From NCBI GenBank assembly GCA_964457525.1, contig CAYWGS010000038.1:1-13190 (forward strand): a stretch of 13,190 nt of DNA. The letters are read 5' to 3'. Positions within the stretch are counted from its first letter, which is position 1. Every line of letters starts with the position of its first letter. Source of the DNA: an uncultured Erysipelotrichaceae bacterium (GTDB taxonomy: Bacteria > Bacillota_I > Bacilli_A > Erysipelotrichales > Erysipelotrichaceae). The position numbers and the translations under genes were made by a program. The notes under the pieces were generated by a model. It worked only from the letters and a program-made list of their open reading frames with translations. It had not been told where the DNA came from and did not search any database. Of this stretch, positions 7,077 to 13,190 are shown piece by piece.

Positions 7077-7904
7077 TTATCCTTGATCCTTTAAAATATA
7101 TTGAATAGCGACACAACCTGGTCCACCTTGAGTAATCATAACCGGTGAAAGTTCTAATATATCCACTTCAATATTTTGAATACGTTCTTTAATTCGCTTA
7201 AACGCTAGTTCCGCAACTTCTAACTTAAACGCATGCGATATATAAATTTTATGTGTATAACTTACACCATTTTCTATCATACGATCAATGATTTGATCAA
7301 TCGCATTCGTCCATGTACGACCAGACCCAAACTTCTCTAAACGTTCACTTCCTTCCACATGCATAACGATTGGTTTTAATTTTAAGAATCCACCTAAAGT
7401 AGCAGCTAAGGTCGTAATACGTCCACCACGTTTTAAATAATCAAAATCAGTTGGCATTAAGAATGATTGACAGGAAGATAAACACTTATTCATTCTTTCA
7501 ACTATTTCTTCAACTGTTTTATCCTTAGATAAAGACGCCGCAAGTTCTACAAGGTATTTTTGAGTCCCTGCCAATGTTTTAGAATTAAATAGTGTAATCC
7601 CTTCGGTATACATTGAGTTTAGAATACCTAACGCTGAATCATAGGTTGCGCTTAATCCCTTTGTCATCGTAATATGCAACGCATTCTTAGTACGTTCATA
7701 TACTTCCATGACATCTCCAATAGCAGGTTGTGAAGAATTAGGAATCGCTTTCTTAACCATTTCAACGAAATCAGCGGATTTTAATTCAAAATAATCTCTA
7801 TAATTCTTACCTAAAATCGCAACTTGTAAAGGTAAAAGTTCAATATCAAGTTCTAAAGCTTGAGCTTGGCTCATGAGAGAGCCTGTGTCTGTGATAATTT
7901 TCAT
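7077..7904 (-). CDS. DegV family fatty-acid-binding protein
   Basis: 275 aa. The N-terminal MKIITDTGSLMS...ELDIELLPLQV, the internal SSQPAIGD, and the length are typical of the DegV/EDD fold. SD AGGAGA. Confidence 0.88.
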   Translation of the reverse strand: MKIITDTGSLMSQAQALELDIELLPLQVAILGKNYRDYFELKSADFVEMVKKAIPNSSQPAIGDVMEVYERTKNALHITMTKGLSATYDSALGILNSMYTEGITLFNSKTLAGTQKYLVELAASLSKDKTVEEIVERMNKCLSSCQSFLMPTDFDYLKRGGRITTLAATLGGFLKLKPIVMHVEGSERLEKFGSGRTWTNAIDQIIDRMIENGVSYTHKIYISHAFKLEVAELAFKRIKERIQNIEVDILELSPVMITQGGPGCVAIQYILKDQG

Positions 7905-7972
7905 AGTGTCTCCTATGGGAGTATTTTAACATAGTTCAGTCATAATTAAATCAAAATACATTAAAGTTTGGT

Positions 7973-8602
7973 ATGATAGTTACAATGAAAAGCACACATT
8001 TAGTTGACCTCAAAAAACTTCAATATACAAACCCACAAACTCAAGAAACAATCTTTGGATTTAGTCAAGAATGGTATAAAACAAAATGGCAAAGACTCTC
8101 TGGATGTGGACCTACTTCCGCAAGTAGCCTTATTTACTATGCTTGTTATAATGAGACAGAAATGGATCAAAATAAAGCATTAGAACTTATGGAAGTGGTT
8201 TGGAATTATGTAACTCCAGGTATGGGTGGCGTTTATAAACGTTCCATGTTTACCAATGGTTTAAAACGCTATCTTAATAAACACGACATACAAGCAGAAA
8301 TTGAATCCATAGAAATTACGAAAAATAAAAAGACTCGCATGAGTCTTATCGATACAGTAAACTTTATTGAAAATGGATTAAGTAAAAATGCTCTTGTGGC
8401 ATTTCTCAATCTCGATAATGGAGATGAAAAGAAACTCGATGAATGGCACTGGGTTGTCATAAGTGGTATCGATGTTCATGCACAACACGAGCAAGTATTC
8501 GTCAATATCATCGATGATGGTAAACTCTTTGCGATTGATTTAAACCTATGGCTTAACACAACCAAAAGAGGTGGAGCCTTCGTTTACTTTACTTTGACTT
8601 AA
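7973..8602 (+). CDS. Hypothetical cytoplasmic protein with a papain-like (C39-like) Cys/His signature
   Basis: 209 aa with no signal peptide or TM segment. Q40-x4-C45 in WQRLSGCGPTSA (Cys codon 8105-8107), H159 in EWHWVVISG (8447-8449), and D181/D182 in NIIDDG match the order Gln-Cys-His-Asp/Asn of papain-fold peptidases. Start uncertain (ATG at 7973 or 7985; both have weak SDs). Confidence 0.55.
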   Translation: MIVTMKSTHLVDLKKLQYTNPQTQETIFGFSQEWYKTKWQRLSGCGPTSASSLIYYACYNETEMDQNKALELMEVVWNYVTPGMGGVYKRSMFTNGLKRYLNKHDIQAEIESIEITKNKKTRMSLIDTVNFIENGLSKNALVAFLNLDNGDEKKLDEWHWVVISGIDVHAQHEQVFVNIIDDGKLFAIDLNLWLNTTKRGGAFVYFTLT

Positions 8603-9647
8603 TTTTCTTCATAAATAAATCAGAATCAAAACTATGCAACAAGGCTTCATCCAATGTGATGAGGTCTTTTTGATAATAATCCATTAACATTGAATCCATA
8701 CTAATCATTCCTTCACTGGATGCGATGGTATTATTCAATTGATGTGTCTTCGCTTCACGGATTTGATTACGTACTGCTAGACTATTCGTCATAACTTCAA
8801 AGATAGGGACTAAATCTCCATCTTTCTTACGAATAAGTTGTTGGGACACAACAGCTTCTAGGACCATTGATAATTGAAGTCGAATTTGTGTTTGTTGGGA
8901 TGCTGGAAAAACATCAATCATACGATCAATGGTATTTGCAGCACCTAAAGTATGTAGAGTTGTAAAAACCAAATGACCTGTTTCTGCCGCTGTTATAGCG
9001 AGTGATATGGTTTCTAAATCACGCATTTCACTGATGAACAATACATTTGGAGCTTGACGTAGTGCTGATTTAAGCGCAGCTGCACTTGAATCACAATCAC
9101 TTCCAATTTCTCGTTGGGAGATAATACTCTTATCATGTCGATGTAAGAATTCAATTGGATCTTCAATTGTTACAATATGACCCGAACGATTCTTATTGAT
9201 AAGATCTAAGAGTACAGCTAAAGTAGAGGATTTACCTGCACCTGCGGGGCCACTGATAATAACTAATCCTTTATTTAATTCCGCAAAACGTGTAATTTCT
9301 TTTGGAATGGATAATACTTCAGCTTTCGGTATATCAAACTGAACAATACGAATAACTGCAGCTAAAGAATTACGTTGATGATAAACATTCACTCTTAAAC
9401 GAGCTAAATGAGCAACAGAGAAGGAAAAATCATCATCTCCTTTTTCTTCTAATCGATGCATACTACGATTATTCGCACATCGATAAAGATCATCAACTAA
9501 AATCCGACAATGTTCAGGCATTAATATTTCATCTTCTAATCGAATAACTTTATTCTTAACCTTATAGGCAATTGAAGATCCAGCCACAACAAAGATATCC
9601 GACGCATTCATTTCAACCGCTTTTCTTACGATTTCTTGCACATCCAT
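8589..9647 (-). CDS. pilT: Type IV pilus retraction-type ATPase PilT
   Basis: Motifs and how they match P. aeruginosa PilT (from memory): Walker A GPAGAGKSS; Asp box IVTIEDPIEF; Walker B LFISEMRD; His box TGHLVFTTLHT; DFSFSV...RLRVNVYHQRN; TIDRMIDVFP; and LAVRNQIRE (AIRNLIRE motif). Start moved to the ATG at 9647 (MDVQEIV), which has GGAGG 5 nt upstream. The track start at 9659 lies inside that SD. Confidence 0.88.
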   Translation of the reverse strand: MDVQEIVRKAVEMNASDIFVVAGSSIAYKVKNKVIRLEDEILMPEHCRILVDDLYRCANNRSMHRLEEKGDDDFSFSVAHLARLRVNVYHQRNSLAAVIRIVQFDIPKAEVLSIPKEITRFAELNKGLVIISGPAGAGKSSTLAVLLDLINKNRSGHIVTIEDPIEFLHRHDKSIISQREIGSDCDSSAAALKSALRQAPNVLFISEMRDLETISLAITAAETGHLVFTTLHTLGAANTIDRMIDVFPASQQTQIRLQLSMVLEAVVSQQLIRKKDGDLVPIFEVMTNSLAVRNQIREAKTHQLNNTIASSEGMISMDSMLMDYYQKDLITLDEALLHSFDSDLFMKKIKSK

Positions 9648-9648
9648 A

Positions 9649-10068
9649 CTAACCTCCATATACGGGATCCCCGTCTTGCGAATAATCTTGATTGATACCA
9701 GAGCTTAATCGATATTCGATGATTTCTAATCGAATTCGATCTTCTTTTTTAATGATCGCCTTTATATTTAATCTTAAGTTATTATATTCTTTGCTTATAG
9801 TAATTATTTGATTAAGTTCATCAAACTCTACGTTATCCAAAGAATTATAATCCTTCAAATTTAATCTCTTTTCTAATTCAATTATTTCAATTTCCATATC
9901 CCTTTGTAAGGTATAAGTATCGACAAGGATTTCATTACCTCGTTCAATTGAATGCTTGATATTTAAGGTATTTAAGAGACTTAATGTCGCAAAACTAAAT
10001 ATCAACACAACAATCAATACCGTAAGTATGGTAGGAACACCAAATAGACTAAAGTGATTTCTTTTCAT
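9649..10068 (-). CDS. Small N-terminally anchored protein, ComGG/PilX-like minor pseudopilin candidate
   Basis: 139 aa from the ATG at 10068 (SD GGTGG upstream; the track TTG at 10098 is unlikely). The N-terminus MKRNHFSLFG-VPTILTVLIVVLIFSF resembles ComGG-type N-termini (Gly followed by a hydrophobic helix, no Glu5), followed by a coiled-coil-like segment. Stop is 1 nt before the pilT ATG. Confidence 0.45.
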   Translation of the reverse strand: MKRNHFSLFGVPTILTVLIVVLIFSFATLSLLNTLNIKHSIERGNEILVDTYTLQRDMEIEIIELEKRLNLKDYNSLDNVEFDELNQIITISKEYNNLRLNIKAIIKKEDRIRLEIIEYRLSSGINQDYSQDGDPVYGG

Positions 10069-10070
10069 AC

Positions 10071-10439
10071 TTATTCTACCACCTTTACAATATCCCAAGA
10101 TAAGAGTTCTTCATTTGTATTAGATCTTAAAACAAGATGAATAAGTTGATAATTTTCTTTATTTTCAATCTCTAGTTTTAACTCATACGAGCCTTGTGTT
10201 GTTTGATGATTTCCATCTTGATCAAAATAATAAAATAGTTCTTTAAGTTCATAATTTGGATTTTGAATTGATTCAGATAGTAAAACCATCTTTTCAGACA
10301 TCTTCATAAGTGCTTGGTTTCTTTGGTGCTGAGTCATTGTCCGAATAAATAATGTATTCGCAACACTTAATGAAATAACTAAGATGAATAAAGCGAGGAT
10401 TAACTCATAAACAAACAATCTCTGTGAACGATTTTTCAT
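10071..10439 (-). CDS. Small N-terminally anchored protein, degenerate pseudopilin-like (Glu at +5 retained, Gly at -1 replaced by Arg)
   Basis: 122 aa. MKNRSQR-LFVYELILALFILVISL aligns with the canonical KG-FTLIELLIALxIL. SD GAGGA. 4-nt overlap with the upstream gene. Confidence 0.45.
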   Translation of the reverse strand: MKNRSQRLFVYELILALFILVISLSVANTLFIRTMTQHQRNQALMKMSEKMVLLSESIQNPNYELKELFYYFDQDGNHQTTQGSYELKLEIENKENYQLIHLVLRSNTNEELLSWDIVKVVE

Positions 10440-10882
10440 GGTCTATTCCTCATCGATCGTATTGTAAAAGTTAGTTCTTGTTTATTCCTCAAAGAATCAA
10501 GATATGAAATGTAAACTTGATTTTGATCTTCTTCATATTTCAAATTTGATAGTAAAGCGATTCTTTGTCCTGATGATTCAAGAATGGTATTGACCTCAGA
10601 GACCTGTTCAACCAAGTAACCATCTTCTTCATAGATAAGTGTATAGTAGCCCTCATGTTCAATCATAAGTAGATTATCTTGCACACTAAATCCATTATTC
10701 ATATCAGCTTGATTAAGACGATGATTGAAATAATGAAGTATTGTTCTCTGATTCAATGATTGATTGGATGTCTGATTCATGGATTGATAGAAATCTGCCC
10801 CTAAGTAAAGAGAGAATATCAAAGTGAGCGCAAACATACCTAATAAAATCCATTGAATCAAAGGATTAATCACGCGTTTCAT
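10436..10882 (-). CDS. Small N-terminally anchored protein, minor pseudopilin/ComGF-like candidate
   Basis: 148 aa. MKRVINPLIQWILLGMFALTLIFSLYL anchor followed by a beta-rich region. Strong SD GGAAGGGGG. 4-nt overlaps on both sides. The function call rests on operon position and architecture only. Confidence 0.4.
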   Translation of the reverse strand: MKRVINPLIQWILLGMFALTLIFSLYLGADFYQSMNQTSNQSLNQRTILHYFNHRLNQADMNNGFSVQDNLLMIEHEGYYTLIYEEDGYLVEQVSEVNTILESSGQRIALLSNLKYEEDQNQVYISYLDSLRNKQELTFTIRSMRNRP

Positions 10883-11175
10883 TGAGAATCCCCCTTCCTA
10901 AATACGGTAATATCAGGTCGGATATTGGACGCAAAACTCTTATAACTCACATAATAGAGTCGATTATCCACAATCAATCCATAATTCTCTATTAAATAAT
11001 CTAACTTAGCCGGATAAAAACCCTCTTGTGCATAACACAAGTTCAAGGATCTTTGAATGGCCATTTCAACTTGTTCCATCTGATATTCAATATTGCGTTG
11101 GTTAATCATCTCTGCAATTGGAATACTTGAAACAAGCAGTAATACCGTTAATAGACTAAGTAGCATTCGTTTCAT
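10879..11175 (-). CDS. ComGC/GspG-like major pseudopilin candidate with a non-canonical N-terminus
   Basis: 98 aa. After the anchor MKRMLLSLLTVLLLVSSIPIA comes EMAIQRSLNLCYAQEGFYPAKLDYLIE. This matches the helix plus G-x-Y-P pattern of GspG/ComGC globular domains (compare ALELYRLDNGRYPTTEQGLQAL). It sits immediately after the platform gene, as comGC does. SD AGGA. Confidence 0.45.
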   Translation of the reverse strand: MKRMLLSLLTVLLLVSSIPIAEMINQRNIEYQMEQVEMAIQRSLNLCYAQEGFYPAKLDYLIENYGLIVDNRLYYVSYKSFASNIRPDITVFRKGDSQ

Positions 11176-11176
11176 T

Positions 11177-12202
11177 TTAGAGTCCTAACGTCTGCATTGC
11201 TTGTAAGAGTGGAATAATAAGAGCAAGTAGAACAGATCCAACACCGATTGCTAGGATGAATAGTACAAGTGGCTCAATCCGATTAAATACCTTTTCAATC
11301 CATTTGTCTGATTCTAATTGTGCTTCTTTACTTACTTGTTTTAATGTATTCTCAAGATTACCTGATTTATAAGCGATACGAATCGAGTTTTGAGTAAAGG
11401 ATGGATAGATCTTTGATTTTAGTATTAAATCGATAATATTATCATTACTCTCTAACTTAACCTCTTTCAAGTGACGATATAACTCACGCTTAGGCAAATA
11501 ATCAAATATTAAATCTAACGCAACTTGTTGATTCACACCCGATTCATTCATGATTTCTACTAAATACGTAAAATACGCTAAATCTGCCTTATAAGCGCTC
11601 TTCGGAATAATGTTAAGAATCGAATCGATCACATCATTCTTTTCAGGATGATTCATCTTTTGAGCTGAAGTAAAAATTGCCCATATAACAAATAGAACCA
11701 AAAGAACTAACCCTACTGTTGAAAAGATATTTAAAATAGATAGTAAAATATTAATCCATACTGGATAAGATCCACCGAGATTAATAAAGATTGATTGAAA
11801 GATGGGTAGGATGATTAGACTCAGAACATTCAATATAATGATTAACAAACTAAATAGGATAAATGGCATCGTAAGTAATTCTTTAAGTGCTTCACGAATA
11901 TTCGATTTACGAGAATAGAAAAGAGATAAATGTTTTAAGATCGATTCTTCCTTACCAATTTGAACCGCAATTTCCAAACTCGAGATTAATAATTGATCAA
12001 ACTGATTAACCCCAGCTAATGCATTCATCAAATTATGATCCTTCTGATATAGTGTCAAGATAGAAGCGTAATTAATCTCTGAATCTTGTTCAGACAGTAA
12101 AATTAATCCTTCTTCAACAGGTAAGCCATTCTCATAAATCATGGCAAACTGTGTGCAGAATACCGCATGAAGTGAATCATTTAGTTTCGTATTTTTCTTC
12201 AT
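11177..12202 (-). CDS. Type II secretion system F family platform protein (PilC/ComGB-like)
   Basis: 341 aa with two cytoplasmic repeat domains and three TM segments. The TM1-TM2 loop is FQSIFINLGGSYP (compare F..mF...g..LP). The C-terminal EPLVLFILAIGVGSVLLALIIPLLQ is typical of GspF. SD AAGAGGAAA overlaps the upstream stop. Confidence 0.8.
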   Translation of the reverse strand: MKKNTKLNDSLHAVFCTQFAMIYENGLPVEEGLILLSEQDSEINYASILTLYQKDHNLMNALAGVNQFDQLLISSLEIAVQIGKEESILKHLSLFYSRKSNIREALKELLTMPFILFSLLIIILNVLSLIILPIFQSIFINLGGSYPVWINILLSILNIFSTVGLVLLVLFVIWAIFTSAQKMNHPEKNDVIDSILNIIPKSAYKADLAYFTYLVEIMNESGVNQQVALDLIFDYLPKRELYRHLKEVKLESNDNIIDLILKSKIYPSFTQNSIRIAYKSGNLENTLKQVSKEAQLESDKWIEKVFNRIEPLVLFILAIGVGSVLLALIIPLLQAMQTLGL

Positions 12203-12213
12203 ATCATTTCCTC

Positions 12214-13143
12214 TTAATAGTAATCCTGATTTTGATATTCTCCATCATATGAACCCATGGAATCAAAAGTAGGATCGACTCTTCCCCATTTGTCTGTTTC
12301 AAAATAGACACTTGGATTAATCCAACCTGTATCCTTAATATAAACCTCTACCCAAGCATGATATCCTTGTTTAACATAACCAGTCACAACGCGTGTTGGG
12401 ATATGTTGAACACGTAACATAGCACTCATAAGTGAAGCATAATCGAAACAAATACCTTTTTCTTCTAAATAGGTTTCATCAATAATCGGTAGGATAAACT
12501 TAGTTTGAGCTATTTCAGCTTTATCATAATCGTAATCAATATTTTGGATAATGTATTGATAAATCTCATAAACTCGCTCAATTTCACTATCCGCTTCTTG
12601 AGTTAATTCAAATGATTTCATAATCGCTTGTGTTTCTTTATTATAGTTAACGATTTGATTTGGATATAAATAGGCTGTTGTTTCATCAACCAATTCAATA
12701 TCTATTTTAGTAGAAGCACTAACAACATAAGTGTTCCCATCTTTATTTTTAAGTAGTCGAATTGAGTAGACTCCATCTCCCATTTGAAGCGGAACAATCA
12801 CATACTCATTCGACACAAGTGTATACGTATAAACTGAATCCCCTAATGATACTTGAGCTTTAAGTTCAGAGTTACTATCAGGTGATAGTACACTGATATA
12901 ACCATATTCTGCATTAGAATAATCAATCACAAACCCATTCGATTCATAAACTAACTGTCCTGGTTGAGATGGCCATAATATCTCTTCAAAGGTATATTTC
13001 TTAGAACTTTCTCCCTCTGTAGGGTACTCTTCAAATACATTTACATTGGAGTTTGAACACGACGCAAGAAAAACAATACTTAATAATATCAAGTAAAACA
13101 AACGATTTTTTCGTACATATTTTGTGTTTTTTTGTTGGGTCAT
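12214..13143 (-). CDS. Transglutaminase-like (papain-fold) lipoprotein
   Basis: Start set at the ATG at 13143 (MTQQKNTKYVRKNRLFYLILLSIVFLASC). Lipobox L-A-S-C with Cys codon 13057-13059. Transglutaminase-core triad: GICFDYA (Cys codon 12448-12450), GYHAWVEVY, RVDPT. The track TTG at 13167 has no SD and overlaps a -10-like element. Confidence 0.8.
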   Translation of the reverse strand: MTQQKNTKYVRKNRLFYLILLSIVFLASCSNSNVNVFEEYPTEGESSKKYTFEEILWPSQPGQLVYESNGFVIDYSNAEYGYISVLSPDSNSELKAQVSLGDSVYTYTLVSNEYVIVPLQMGDGVYSIRLLKNKDGNTYVVSASTKIDIELVDETTAYLYPNQIVNYNKETQAIMKSFELTQEADSEIERVYEIYQYIIQNIDYDYDKAEIAQTKFILPIIDETYLEEKGICFDYASLMSAMLRVQHIPTRVVTGYVKQGYHAWVEVYIKDTGWINPSVYFETDKWGRVDPTFDSMGSYDGEYQNQDYY

Positions 13144-13170
13144 ATTCTTTTCTTTATTATAGCACAACCA

Positions 13171-13190
13171 TAAAAAAAGAAGCCCGAAGG
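13171..13190 (-). terminator. Probable intrinsic terminator of an upstream (off-window) minus-strand gene, hairpin cut by the window edge
   Basis: The minus strand reads ...CCTTCGGGCTTC followed by TTTTTTT. This is consistent with GAAGCCC-TTCG-GGGCTTC (UUCG tetraloop), but only 1 nt of the left arm is visible. Confidence 0.4.

Noticed and set aside
8269-8460. Minus-strand 63-aa ORF inside the 209-aa papain-like gene
   Set aside because: It is antisense to the longer ORF, Ser/Phe-rich with low complexity, and has no SD. It would lie in the pilT 3' read-through region but shows no independent signals.
9648-9659. ATG at 9659 as the pilT start (MEVS extension)
   Set aside because: Codons 1-2 form the GGAGG SD for the ATG at 9647. 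MDVQEIV aligns with the PilT N-terminus (MDITELL).
10069-10098. TTG-initiated extension (MGYCKGGRIS) of the 149-aa ORF
   Set aside because: The extension contains the GGTGG SD for the ATG at 10068 and would overlap the upstream gene by 28 nt. The ATG start gives the same MKR-plus-anchor pattern as the neighbouring genes.
13127-13133. A7 homopolymer (coding strand) in codons 3-6 of the first operon gene, considered as a slipped-strand phase-variation switch. Similar A7/A8 tracts occur at 3783-3789 and 7044-7051.
   Set aside because: Seven-nt A/T runs are frequent in a genome of this composition. There is no evidence of frameshifted variants and the tract is short for efficient slippage.
13144-13167. 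TTG-initiated N-terminal extension (MCYNKEKN) of the transglutaminase lipoprotein in the ORF track
   Set aside because: It has no SD and overlaps a TGnTATAAT element. The downstream ATG at 13143 gives a textbook lipoprotein signal peptide.
1-13190. Looked for CRISPR repeats, IS/transposase or integrase genes, tRNA/rRNA genes, long inverted or direct repeats, and abrupt compositional shifts marking an island
   Set aside because: None seen. The only exact repeats beyond chance are the 15-nt operator boxes. The filament-like operon has the same AT-rich composition and SD usage as its neighbours, so there is no sequence evidence that it is a recent mobile acquisition.

Overview
Low-GC Bacillota-like chromosomal segment with 18 intact CDS, one edge-truncated CDS, and several clear hairpin plus T-run terminators. 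I saw no rRNA, tRNA, CRISPR array or IS/transposase. All family calls rest on motifs read by eye from the translations; no searches were run.

Left to centre is ordinary metabolism and redox housekeeping. It holds a two-subunit 2-oxoacid:ferredoxin oxidoreductase (634-3160), an APH/ChoK-fold kinase, a YtvI/AI-2E-type permease and a DegV protein. It also holds a quinone-stress module: WrbA quinone reductase, a YodB-like HxlR/DUF24 regulator, two dyad operator boxes flanking the wrbA promoter, and a divergent pair of small membrane proteins.

The right third (8589-13143, minus strand) is the region worth a second look. It is a tightly coupled seven-gene operon in this order:
- a transglutaminase-like lipoprotein
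- a GspF/PilC/ComGB-like platform protein
- four small N-terminally anchored proteins with pseudopilin-like sizes and some pseudopilin-like sequence features
- a bona fide PilT-type ATPase

It resembles a permuted comG/type IV filament operon. In this window it lacks a PilB/ComGA-type assembly ATPase, a prepilin peptidase, and canonical G/FTLxE prepilin cleavage motifs. A cytoplasmic papain/C39-like Cys-His protein converges on it and overlaps the pilT 3' end by 14 bp.
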